A stretch of DNA of 64,000 nucleotides from Thalia democratica. Lineage: Eukaryota. A program made the translations under genes and the position numbers. Shown here piece by piece: positions 11,781 to 24,951 of the stretch. How positions within the stretch are numbered: the first letter of the stretch is position 1; every line of letters begins with the position of its first letter. The DNA is taken from NCBI GenBank assembly GCA_965202585.1, contig OZ241826.1, positions 42,470,001-42,534,000 of the forward strand, given 5' to 3'. The notes beneath the pieces were generated by a model that saw only the letters and a program-made list of their open reading frames with translations, was not told the origin of the DNA and did no database searches.

Positions 11781-14700
11781 GCAGTTGAGAATAAAAATAT
11801 TCAGGTCATTGAGACGGAGCCTGAGGCGATCGACGGCGAGGCTTCTGATTGGCTGATTTTCGTAAATAAAAAGCGGTCATTGGCGGAGGATGACATAGTT
11901 TTGTGAGCAGTTTATTGTATCGGGCGCGGTCGACTTTTCTATACCAGCGATTTATCCGTTTAATGCTCGTGTTTACATTGCTATTTTTAGATTTGCTACA
12001 CACTTTTGAAATTTAAATTGCAGGCAAGTTTCCCTTCGGTTTAAAACAAGTTTTGTGCATACTTTTCAAAACTTTGGATATTTTTCACATGATTTTAGAC
12101 AAAAACTTTTTGTTTAAAAAACAGAAATTGTTAAACTTATCATAGTTTGTTTCTGCTAAAAATGTTTTGCCAAACAAACTTTGAATAGAATTACATTTAC
12201 ACAATAAAAATAAAACTAATTTGAATAAAATTAGTTCAGTTGGGGCATGGTAATTGAACACTTTGCTAACGAGCAGCTTTGAAGTCGACCTGCATGGCCT
12301 TGAGTTTGATTGAGACGACCTATTTGAGGCCTGTCACGTAAAGCCAGCAGCAAGTTTTTCTTGAAATGCTCGTTCGAAGGATTTTTTATTTCTTTTTGCA
12401 CAGTTCTTTCGATCGGAACTGATTTGCATTTGTCTTGAATTGAACTTTTGCTCTAGTTCTTATTGTGTCGCGACTGAATTAGATAACGCGAAAATTTTCT
12501 GGCCTAATGAGCAGCCAACGAAAGTTTAAATGAAAAATTGAGTTTTAATGATGAAAAGTCTGACTTTTTTGAACTTTTTTTGAATATAACTTGTTTTAAC
12601 TGACTGGTAAACTTATAAATAGTACTTTTAAACGAGATTAAGATAAAAAGCTGAAGTTAAATAGCATTTTTTAAATTATTTTTAAAACAAAACGTTTTTG
12701 TAACTAAAATGTTTTCAAGCAACAATTATGATACTTCTAAATTGAAATCAAACGGTACATATACTTTTGTAGATCAAGCTTAGTGTAAATAGTACAATAC
12801 TTAACTAATTTAAAAAAGTTCTATTGATTAAAGTTGTTAAAGTTGTCCTGTACTTTAAAATAAACATGAATTGATTAAAAAAATATCTCAAAGTACTTAA
12901 CTCTGAACTTAGTAAGTCATTGTTTAAAGACTTTTATTTATTTTTTAAATGACAGAAGTGTCACCAAAATCAGCTTTAATCACGTATCCGACTTTACTCT
13001 TACAACTTTAAACAAATTGTTTTCGGTTAAGCTTAAAAAAAAGTAATGTTAACTTGAAAATAATAAAAAACTCCAACTAACCCATTCATTATAGATCCGG
13101 CAAATAGCACGCATTCGTTGTTTTGCTTCAAGCTGTTTGTGTTTTTCCTTTGCAGGTTTATTGTATTTTGCATCACGTAATTGCTGTTAAACGTATAAGT
13201 TTATAGTTAATGTAAGTTGAAAAGTTGAATTAAAAGAATATTTATCGATATAAAAATCGATGTGGAATTATTGTTATCGTGACTTTAAGCGTAAATTGTA
13301 AAAGTGTGCTTTTGCTATAACTTAATAACGAAGGTTGTATTTAAAACGTTGAGTTAAAACATAAAATAGCTTAGAAATAACTTAACACAGTCAAACTATA
13401 TTAATACTAAGTTGTATTGTTTTTTTATTAATTTGAACACAAAACAAATTTAAACAAAACACTAAAAGTTCACAGTGAGTTATTAAATTAAGTAAAAAAA
13501 CAATGAGTGAAGATTTCAATAAAACAATAGCGCAATCTTAGTCCTTTATATTGTGCAATGCCATTGTCTTAAATCAATCACACAGGCTTCATAAAAAAAA
13601 CTTAAAAACTGTTTACAACTTCACATAAAAAAACTCGAACTATACTCGACTGCTGCGGCTTATTTACTGAGAAAACTCAAGCAAAGCTGCTTGTATCGAA
13701 GCAAACATCTCAGTAATAAGACCCTTAAACAAGCCGGAACACCGTTAATAATTTCAATGGGTATCGGTTTACTATGCAGAGGTTGTTTTTGCAAAAAGTC
13801 GCGCATCTATACACCGTTATTAGGGCGCTATGTTTAGCTAAGCTTGTAATTTTAACTTTACAAAACGAAAAAAAAAAATTATATTTTTAGCCTTACTTTT
13901 TAGTTTTTAATACTTATTGCGTAGTTAATACTAAACTGACTTCAAAAAAAATCCCTTGAACAAAAAAAAGGCTTTCTTTCTAAAAATAATTGTTACAAAA
14001 TTTATTTTTTTAAAATTGTAACTTACACAATCTTTCCACTTGGTGCCATTTCTTTACCAAGTGAGAGTTTGTAAAACTTTCTTCTGAAGTTTTGTTCAAA
14101 AACTTTTGACTGAATGAAAAACTATGACCGAGTTAAGACTAAAGTGAATCTGTTGGCCTTGCTTAAGCTACCTTTGAAGTCTCTCGCTTTGTTTTACTTC
14201 TTCAAAATATAGTTTTATTTCTCTCGCGCACAAAAAGTCTTATATTGTCGTATTATTATTTTTTTCGTTTTAAGCCTTTTTAATTTGTAGCATATTTACT
14301 ATTTGATGTTTAACTATCTTTTAAGTAGTTTATTAAATAAACGTTTTTTTTTTAAATGTAAGGAAGCTTTATACTTATCTTTAGAGCATTAATTGACTTT
14401 AAAAGTTATACAATGCCTAATGACAAATCCGTCTAATAAAACTAAAGCTAAATGGTTTTTATTCGTATGAAGTTTTCTAAAAGGTATTATTTTTCCTTGT
14501 GTTTACACAACATGAATAAAAGCAATAACAAGTTTTTTTCTAATTGTCATTCGAATTAGAATTGCTCTTTTGTTTGAATAAATCATTAATAACTAAATTA
14601 AAATGTAGTGGTAATACAGTACGTACTTTTAGAAGAGTACAATAAGTATGATTTTTACCAGCAAATAAACGAAGAAAAAGTTGGAATATTTTCAATTAAG

Positions 14701-15339
14701 GTTTGTCTTCAATAAGTAACAAAATGTCAAAAAAAAACTCATTCACGATTTATTACTAAAGTTACACGTTGAGAACATTGAAAGTCGAAAGATAACAATA
14801 TAAGATGGTGTAGTACGTGCTAGAATACTTTTATTTCGCTAAAAAAAGCTTCCAGCAAATGTTTTTATCTGTATTGACCTATAAATAAGAATTAATTTGA
14901 CCCACACAAAGAATATTTCATATCAAAGCTAATGTTTTTGGTATTTTTTTTACACTTCAAAAATACGCCCTAGTTTTTTTTTGTGTATATTTGTATAACT
15001 AAACTAAACTCAAACTTTAATTTACGGATATTATTTATCTTATTTAACTCGTATAGTTTTCAGTTACTACAAGAATAACATCAAAAGTCAATTTCTTTCA
15101 GTCCTTCGAATAAAGTTTAAATACATTTTTGACATTTATTTAAAATTTCTATAAAGTTATTAAAACAATATAATATAACACGTTAATATTCAGTCTGAAA
15201 ATCAAAGAAAATAATTTATAACAGAGGACAACATTATCAAAGTTTTAGTGACAACTTTAAGTTCATCTTTACTAAACATTTTGTGTACTTCAACACCTAG
15301 ATCAAAACTTTTGCTCAAACCAGAAAAGATTACTTTTAC

Positions 15340-15451
15340 CATTCGTCGATGATAATCACTTAAATCAACAACTTCATCCTTTGTCTCAGCGGTTTTTATT
15401 CTGATCGCTCGAAAGTTGTTTACAACCGCCGCATCGCTCCAGGCCTTCAAA
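15340..15451 (-). other. Probable first (5'UTR/ATG-only) exon of the NPAS4-like gene
   Basis: Preceded by TTTTCAG and ends ATG|GTAAAA (phase 0). In frame with a TTTTTATTTACGAAAATCAG acceptor at 11853 that opens a stop-free, GC3-rich frame (PIRSLAVDRLRLRLNDLNIFILNC) into ATG 11780. Sits directly downstream of the CRE cluster. Confidence 0.45.
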
Positions 15452-15470
15452 CTGAAAATTGTTAACGACC

Positions 15471-15634
15471 ATGCAAATGATCTGTTACGTCACAATTGAA
15501 TTGTGTACAAAATCGTACATATGACGTTCGATTGAATTTTGTGTAGAACATCGTGTGTGTGACGTCATTATTGAGTTTGCATCGTGTACAACATTGTGTC
15601 TGTGAAGTTGTCATATTCGAAAATACTGACATCA
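15471..15634. promoter_or_regulatory. CRE/ATF plus octamer cluster; probable proximal promoter of the NPAS4-like gene
   Basis: ATGCAAAT 15471, TTACGTCA 15485, TGACGT 15522, TGACGTCA 15560 and TGACATCA 15627 within 165 bp. Confidence 0.55.
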
Positions 15635-18600
15635 GCCTTTTACAAAATTAAGGTTGTCTTGTCGGATTATCGAGGTATAAAATAAAGCTCATCGCTTAGA
15701 CGTGCAGCGCTCCAGTCAAATAAAGCTTCCTACACGTCTGAAGCGGAGAAGCGAGGAATGTTTATTTTTATAACTTGATAATGATTAGATCTCCGATTAA
15801 CAAGCTACAAGCTTTTTACTTAATCCTCATTGCGAATCGGGATAAAAATGTACATTTGCTTTCACGAGCGTTCTGTAATCTGATAAAAACTATCTCAAGG
15901 TTATTTGGAAACATGTTTATATATAAAAAAAAAGATGTTATCTGAAATAGCCTAATGGACTTAGCTATTTGTCTACAATGAAATTTTCATTAATCTTAAT
16001 TTGATAAAAAACTGTGATGTACTATTTATATGCATTATATTTAACTTCATTAGATAATAAAGATACTTTTTTAGTTCACTAATTCTTTAAAGTAAAAGAC
16101 TAGAAACTTTATTTTTCAAATAGTACATTATATCATAAACGAGTAGTATAAATAAAACCTAATGGAAATGTTCAAACATAGAAAGCAATATTAAAAAAGA
16201 AATCTATATTTTAATTCCTTTATAATTTGATACTTCATAGAAAATGTAAAAGTTTTAAGTATTTAATTATATTATAAATATCAAAAAAAAAGTTTAGCTT
16301 TGTCAACTACGAACTTGTAAAATAAGTTTTAGCTTTATAAGTAAATTGCACACAGATGGACTACAAACATTCAATATAAAAATTCAATTTCCTTTTCAAT
16401 TCAAAATGACATTTGTTCCAAACTTATAAATCAAAACAGCCAATGTCGGACGAATTTCTTGGAAAAATTAAGTACCGGTGTGAGTTTAGATGAAAACTGA
16501 GCGAACGAAAGCAGAAAAGTTTCTCAAGTAAACAAAGAGCAATCGGGCACTGAGGTTTTGTCGATTGATAAATTGCTAAGTTCGTGGAATCGTCAAAAAA
16601 AAAATTTTAACGAAGGCTATAATAATTTTGCAAACATTAATAGTATTTTATTTCTTTCTAAAAAGCTTTTTTAATTTTTTCTGGTATATTATTAAGCTTA
16701 ATTATTGTATATTATTTATTGTTTCATAAAAGTTTTAAGCATATTATAAATAAAAAGAAAACATATTTTGTAATGTGTTTTAATAAAAAAACTTAATAGT
16801 ATGAAGTTTAGAAACATCCTTTTAATATTTAATTTATTTTTATATCTAATTATTATAAGAAAATTTATTTATTTAACATTAACACTATTATTTTTATTAA
16901 AGAAGATAAACTATATTTATTTTATAATTTAAGCTAATGACGAAACTTAACATGCTTGTTTTTTTGTTTTTATTAATCTTTAAACTTTTATTTTAAAAAA
17001 GTCACGTAATATATACAGCTTAAAAGATCAAAATATTTTAGAACTTACTTCAACAATTTTTCACTGGTTTTTGAAGAATAAATTTTCTGTATTATCCTCC
17101 GGAAATAAAATTATATATTTGTTTTCTAAAAGTTATAACCATTAGATCAACAAATTAAAACAAATTCTTAGTTTGTGTAAAATTTTGTTGAAAACTGCTT
17201 TCAAGATAAAAGTCTAAAAAATAAAATGGTTATTTCATTTTTGTTTGTCTGGTTATTTTTGATCTAAAAATCTAATAACCATAACTGTCATCGGCAAATC
17301 TTAATGGATTCACAGCTGAATTAATTTTTAAAGCAAAGCCCATGAATAAAAGAAGCTTCTGTAAATCTAGAAGCTCTAAAGTTTACCTACTTAGCACTTA
17401 ATTTGTAAAAACTAGACACATGATGATCTAAATGTAAGAAGTCGTAGCACTTACAACAGATGTGTTTACAAAAACTAAGTTCATGACAATTAAAACAAAT
17501 TATGTAACCATGAAAAAAAAAGAACTGTTGATAAACTTACTATTTCGAAGTATTAGGCTAATAAAAACAGCTTTGGTTTAAAGTTAATATTTGTTGTAAA
17601 AAAATGAATTTTACCTAGATCAAAAACGTAATTACTACTACTAAATATCTTTATGATTCTTTCAAACAGTTACTAGTGTAAATATAAAGTTTATAGTTGC
17701 CTTTATAGAGAAAGTTAATAAAGTTATAACAAAGAAACTATAAGTTGTTAAACAAAATGGTCGTGCTGCTTACTAATTTAATCATGTTGTTAGTGCCAAC
17801 AAAAAACTGTTCACCCTGAAACTCACTTGTATAGAAAACTGTTGATTTTCAGTTTACCTTAATATCAGAAAGTTAAACAAAAACAGCTATTCTTCAAAAA
17901 CCTTATACTGTTGTATAAACAAGTACTACTTTTAATGACCTAAACAAGACAATCAGTAGTATTTTAAATAAGAAAAGACTTATTGACGTAAGTTCTCATT
18001 TAGAATTTCAAATTTTGTTAAATGTAAAATAACAAACTTTAGAAAGTTGTAACCAACGTAATAAAACAAAAATTTTGCTTTGACTTATAGTACCATTAAT
18101 TCAGACTTGTTGTAACAGTCAATTTAAATTCTTCAAAAAACAAAAAGCCATTATTGAAAATACTAATGATATCAATTTAACAGATTAATAAACAAGATCA
18201 TAAAAACTCATTTTCAAAATAAAAACAACACAAAGTTTTGTTGAAATCATGTTCGAATAAGCATTCAAATACTAGGCTGGTGCAGAACTTGAAATCCATA
18301 CAAAATATTTATCAACCAATCTTTTGTGTTAGAGTTTCAGTGTTTTTCCAATCAACTCGCAAATGAAAAAGGTGCACCTTCAAGCACGAGTTGCTATCAC
18401 GCAGGTGGCAAAACATTTCATGTAAAAGTTTTAAATACCATCTCGTGACTCCGTTGCATATTGACTGAAATTACATCACACTGCTGGGGTTTTGTGTCTT
18501 TATCATTAAGTGACATTATAAACTTTTGCTTGTTTTGTTTTACACACAAACGTTTTGATGCTAAAAATGACCATTGCAGTTTTGAATTTAACAATCTGAG

Positions 18601-19726
18601 TTGTTTTTTTATTTATTTTATTGTCAAACTTTTTTTCAAATGGTTTTAAGAGTGAGCTTTGTTTACTTTAGTTGTTATTTAATTTAAATCTGTTTATTTT
18701 TAGGTAACAACAATTTTTTAAATGTAACATTATATCAGTTTGGTTGTTTTGGTTAAAAACAAACCTGATAATTGTTGGAGATAACTCATAGTCTTACGCC
18801 TTATGCGCGGGCACGGTACTAATTAAAAGCTTACTGACCAACATAATATTCAGAATTTTACGGTTACGCTTTATCGTTTATCTGCAGCTATTTTTAGAAA
18901 AGGGTGTTTACTCTAAATAATAATTTAGCAAATGATTGATGGCCCTAATCATTGACAAAAATTTAAACAATAAAAATTTTCGGAAAAATTTGCGTGACTT
19001 TTTATTTGTAAAAACTATAAGTTCATTAAATATTCTATAGAATTCTGGTTGAAACACTTTCTCAAATCATGGTTGGTTGAAGTTTACAGAATAATAGACA
19101 AATAGCTCTCGAGATATAGCCGTGTCGTGAGGTGACTCATCATTTAAATTGGACTAGTTTGTTTGTGTGCGAAAAACAAAACAATGAAATTTTAAAACAA
19201 AAAAGCTGGATTACGCCAATAATATGACATAAGCTTTTAATTTTCATTCAAGTTATGTAATTTTCATTACAGTTTTCTAAAGTTCTGAATAGAACAAAGC
19301 TTTTTTAATTTCTTTATTACTAAATTCGTTTTTTTTTAATTTCACCTGCCTAAAAAAGTATTCAAAAGTAGCTTAGATTTTTAGACAAGTTTCTTCCTTT
19401 TCTTCAAATAATGATAGTTTACTTACATGAAGAAGAGGTTCAAAGTCGCGAAGTGTTTTTATAAGTTTTAACTAAAAAATTGTTTTTTAAGCTGTTAACT
19501 AATGACTTATTGATAAAGTTTGTACTTGTAGACTTCTAAAAAATTGGTTAAATTGGTTAAATTAATATTGACCCAAAATTAAAAACTTTAAACCTACCGA
19601 ATTTATCAAATCTCGTTTCTTTTACATATATACACATCGTTTTATCTTAAGTAATAAGATAAATGTTATAATAATCTTGTAATAACGATAATAATAATAT
19701 TATAATAAAAACAGTTTTATTAATAT

Positions 19727-20020
19727 CCTGAGTTTATTAGCTGCAGATGATGATAATTACAGTATGATTCATAACAAATCGGTTTTTCTGATAAAAAGTT
19801 AGTAAGTTTGAATTAAGTCAAAATAATTAAAAAAAATCAAATATTTTACAATAATTTGATCAAAAAATGACTAATATGCATCTTCTTTTGTATGCTTATT
19901 TGAACTCTTTAAGTCATTCAAAATGGAAAAAGTAGTAAGCGGATTGGTCTAAAAATCGTGTTTCAAAGTGCCGATATCTTATGAAGCATACTATAACTAT
20001 CTGCAGCTAATAAATACAGG
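19727..20020. mobile_element. MITE with about 50-bp imperfect terminal inverted repeats
   Basis: CCTGAGTTTATTAGCTGCAGAT...AGTATGATTCATAA at the left and its near-reverse complement ...TTATGAAGCATACT...ATCTGCAGCTAATAAATACAGG at the right. Confidence 0.6.
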
Positions 20021-22630
20021 TTACAAAAAATGTTTCTAAGATGTGTCTAGAATCCTTAAAAAACTAGTGTTTAAGAAACGTTACTGTAAGTTTTCAACAT
20101 TATCCTTAATCAAATGGTTGAAAAACTTGGTGCTCAGGTTAACTCTAATGTTTTAGATAGTGTATATTACCTATTTCAAAAAAGGGTAGTAGATATGTCT
20201 ACAACCGTAATTTTATACTTTAAAAGAATTAAAATAACATTTTTGCAATGAAAGTTAGCTTAAAAATTACAACTTATACATAAATTACTGGAAAAGAGGA
20301 AGTTTTTTTCTCATATCAAAAACAAGTTTAGTGTTTAAATCAAAATTACATCATTACAAAAGCTCAAAGTTCAAAAATTAAATACATGATCGTTAAATTA
20401 ATCAATTTTGCAGCAAAAAATATTACTTTATATATGTTTTAGTATGTACTACTTTGAAGTAACAAAGATTACATCTGTTTGTTTGATAAAATTTATGTTA
20501 CTCCCTAGTTAAACAACTAAAAGAACACAACTTGTGCTTTTTATATTTTATATGTTTTGTATTTTAAAACTTTAAACACAATAAAAAAATAAAAAAATTG
20601 TTCGAAAGTTCTACAAGTTTAGCCTTTCTATTATGTAGAAAACCTTAAAACTCTTAAATAAATTTCTTATTAAAATTCGAGTAATTAGTGATCTTTGACG
20701 AAAAATCAATTTTAAATATGTGAAAAAGTAAACTGTAAAGTGTTAAAGTTTTTTTATAAAAAACAACTTTTTTATATTGAAATAGGTTTTAACGTTAATA
20801 AGTTTAAGTGGAAAAGCCAATTCAATTAACGGCTATTATTTCACATTAAACAGATATTTACCAGGAATTTCCTCGAATATATTGAGGAAGTTAAAAATAA
20901 CAGTAAAAATTAACTTTGTTTAGCAAGGTGAAATTTATTGACAAACTGGAAAGAGTTTACAGAAAACAAAATATTATACTAAACAAGATTTAGCGACCAC
21001 ACCTTTAATATAAAAATATTAAAAGCTAAAATTCACATTAGTCAATTTTTTTTTCAATGAAAAAGTATTTTACTTCAACAACTTTGACCATTACAAATAA
21101 AGCATATTTTATGTACAAAATGTTTAACTAATTTTTAACAAAACCTAGCTTTTTTTATTTACTGACAAGTTGCATAATCTATGTTTTTAATAGCAAAATG
21201 TTGTTTCAAACGATTATTTATTTTTTATTCGACCCAATGTAGTCATTTAAACGTAATACTGTTTCTTATGTTGAAACTTTCTTAAACTTCAAAGTTGGTT
21301 TTAAAACTTTGTATCCTAAATTTCATTTAAGGTCGATTTCAAGCATTAACTAATGAAAAAGTCAGTTAAAAAAAAGTTTTTTATGCTGTCTTAAAAAATG
21401 AGTTTAAGCGATCTTCAATGCTTGCAATTAATTACACAAACATAGTATTTCTTAGAGGACACAGCAGGAAATAAAATGAAAAAAATTCATCATTCTTACA
21501 ACAACGATTTTTATCATTCGAAGTAAAGTTTCAGCAAGAGATTAATCACAACAAAGATGGTCTACAGGAAATCTTGTCGTGTAACGCGATTGATAGCGTT
21601 CTCGCGACACCACCGCGCGGTTAAAATTTTAACACTTTTCGATTGGTTCAAAATCGTTATCGAAACGATCGGCAGTAAATGACTGCGATCACGTTTTTAT
21701 TTCAGATTACATGCGATCCGGGCAAATTACCGAATTGTTGCGGCAAATTAAGCGTCTTTATGCTGGTCTTTTGCGCGCCGATTAGCGGCAAAGCGACGTG
21801 GCAATAAAAGTCAATGGAGTTTTACGAAAGCTCGGACTTAAATAGACCGACTTTTGGGGATAAAACTTGCTAAATCCCCGCAAAAGGTACGCAAGTCGGT
21901 CGCTTTCAAGGGTTGTAATTAAAAGTTCGTGACGCTCTGTTGGGCGATGAAAATTAGCACATTAAATTGCGGTGTTTTTCTCCGAAAATAGCTTCCAGCC
22001 CTTCATTTACGCGTTTGAGTGAGGTGGGAATTTTAAAACTTTCCCACAGAAAATTGACAACTTGTTTTTGACATTCATTGTTTGACTAAAAATTTGAACT
22101 TGTTGAAAAGTTTACAGTACACATGTTTAAGTACTTCAAACTTTTTGTTTAGAATAATTGATTTATAAATTTTTAAGGTTTTAATGCTATGAAAAAAAAC
22201 AACTTGTTTTGATACTTATAAAACATTATTTTTAAAGTGATGTTTTAAGCCTTTGACCTAAAAGAAAAATCTTCATTTTAGTTCACTTAGTTTTTACTTA
22301 AGCTTTATAAACAAGTTTTTCGAAGTTAATCAAAATAAAAGATTCGAAACAATATTTCTATATTTTAAATATGTAACCAATTTTAGCAGGATCATTAGTT
22401 ATAAGCTTTCTTTTATTTTACGTTAAGCAGTTTATATCACATAACTAAAGCTTAGTTATATTCAATAAACAAATTACAAATTTTCATAATGTTTTAGAAA
22501 CTAATATATTACTAAAAACATATTTATCGTATATAGGCTTTATTTATTTTTAAAACGACTAAGCAGTGACAGTTCCAATTGTTTATTCTTAATTTTTCTA
22601 GTTAAGAGTTCATCACCACGGGATGACTAG

Positions 22631-22740
22631 TGATGACGTATCAAGCATTTGTGATGTCACAACAAGAAGCTTTCCGGTCACGATGGCAAAGAGTCACGCC
22701 AAACGGAAGCACATCGTGATAAAGCTTGTTTGTTACGTCA
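22631..22740. promoter_or_regulatory. Putative enhancer island (CRE variants plus TCGTG sites)
   Basis: TGACGTA 22634, TGATGTCA 22652, GTCACGA 22677, TCGTGAT 22714 and TTACGTCA 22733 in a GC-enriched island. Confidence 0.4.
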
Positions 22741-24840
22741 TAACAAAAACTTTTGCCACCAGCTTGATTAATTGGCGTTAAACGGTATTTATCTGTGATG
22801 CCGTTCTTAAAGCAAGTGAGTGAGAAAAAGACTGGAAGTACATAAACTAAGAAATGAAAGGACAGATGGGGACATTAAAAAAATATATTTCAGTTTTGTT
22901 ACTTTTACTATACAAGATACAAGATAAGGTATCTTAAAACACACAGATAAACAACCATATTCAAATTTTTTTCACTTTGGTATAATTTTAACTTAATTTA
23001 TCTCGTAGTTTTTTAAACACAACTAAGTAAGTTTATTGAACAAAAACGAAAACCGAAGATGCTCATAATCGTTTTGGTCTGAGGACTAACAACTAAAAAT
23101 CGTTTTAGTGCTTTCAGCGAATCACAACAGCTCCTTATAACCTTAAATGTTATTAAACCATCACAAACCAAGTTCAAGTCACCTCGAACGCACAGTAATT
23201 TTCAATGACACACTCAATTGAGCACACAACTTTTTGTTCGTGAACGCACTGAGTTGATCGTGAATGTAGTTCACATGATCGTGGCGAAATCTCGTTCTTG
23301 AGATCCGTGACCCGGTAAGCAGCGCTTTCTACTTAAGCCGTGCCGCCGCTCAAGTGAAGATCAGTTTCAGTTTGGATGCTTCAGAGGAGAGGCGCTTTTT
23401 AGTTTTTTTAGGTTTGCTTCAGAAGTGTTTTTAAATTGAAAGGACTATTATTTTTTGATGTTGTTTAATTCAGGTAGACGTGGTTTATACAAAAGACTAC
23501 ATTTGACTACGTTGTATAAATTTGCTACAAAACTTTTTTCAAAGTTACTTTTCAATATAATAGTTTAGTAGATAAATTCAATAAAAAAAAAAGCATCTTA
23601 TGTTTTTAATTTGTGTTAGTTTATAATAAATAAAACATAGTTTGAAGCATATCATTAAAAAAAAATTAGTTAAACCATGAAAAAAAAAGAACATTCTGTT
23701 TTTATAAAGTATAGTTTTAATATTCATATAAGCTTATTCTATTCAATGCTTGACATAAAATATAAAATATATGTATAACAAACGTAATATCTGTACTACT
23801 GTTTTAGTAACTAAGTGTTTTTAACATTCACTTTGACAGCTTAAACAACATACATACGTAAAGAATATTATATTTTAAAATACATCATAATCTATCTTAG
23901 CCTTGTTTTGAAAGAAACACAATTATAAACTAAAAAGATAAAGCTTTCAACGTAAAAACGTGTAACTCAAAGGTATTTTATGTAAAATAAAGGATTAGCG
24001 TGAAATATAACATTTTTACATAATTTCATCACGTTTTTCTCATCTTAGTCGTGGCTTTATAAAATGAAAATAAACTTTTTTATTTTCAAGGATCGCCATT
24101 TTTAAACAAAAAATTCAGCCAAAAACATTTCTAATTTTTTCTTAATATGCCTGTTTTCAGACAAAAAGTTCTTATAATTTATTTAAATGTGTGATAAATT
24201 AAGGCTTAATGACTAACAATTTCTTCAATAAATAAGATTTTAAATCCTTAAATTTTTTTTTTAAGATACATATCTTTTGATAGCACAAGTTGTTTAAATG
24301 TTTTTTAAAACAATAAGTAAAACAGACATGTCTTTAAATATATTGAAGCTTTTAATTACTCACCACAAACTTAAGTTTTTTAAGACAAAAGTATCATTTT
24401 TTTTAATGATCTATCACCCAGATCGCACAATATGTGTTTATATTTTTAATTATATTTCGAAACAATGTCCCTAATAAAGCTTTTGTTATCTAAATAGTTT
24501 TAAAATCTACAAACAATAAAGTAGTACAGCACTTTTTTATGCGTGTTTTTCCTAACTTTTAAAGATAAGCTGTTGTCTTTAAACAGGTTTGAAAAAAATC
24601 TTGCTCTACTTCTTACGCATGTATCAATCATTTTCTTTTTGGTAATAATAGCTTTCTAAAATACATTTAACAATTGAGCTTTACCCAATTTTAATAATAA
24701 AAATATCTTTAAAACAGCATCATGACTTCAGTGCATGAATATAAAAATCTGCAGCCACTTATACATAAAATACTAAATCCATTGCATTAACAGAGGTTTA
24801 ACTTGTAAAAACACAGAAAACAAGTAGCTGGCAAAATGCT

Positions 24841-24951
24841 GCTGGTGTGACGTCACAAACAAGATCGGTCACGACTTGTGGTTGGTTACCGAATGACAGA
24901 GTCCCACGACCTCGTGACGGTTGTCATGGCACTTGTGCGCAGTCACGTGAC
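24841..24951. promoter_or_regulatory. Putative enhancer island (palindromic CRE, E-box, two TCGTGAC)
   Basis: GTGACGTCAC 24847, GTCACGA 24868, TCGTGAC 24912 and GTCACGTGAC 24942 within 110 bp. Confidence 0.45.

Noticed and set aside
11801-11896. 31-codon uORF and two CCAAT boxes 31 bp apart upstream of ATG 11780
   Set aside because: Cannot be separated from the acceptor at 11853 and the open main frame; its status depends on the unknown TSS, so it is not called as a feature.
13659-13720. Hairpin as a pre-miRNA
   Set aside because: The 13-bp outer stem and 5-bp inner stem are separated by a 5x14 asymmetric loop, which is not Drosha/Dicer-like.
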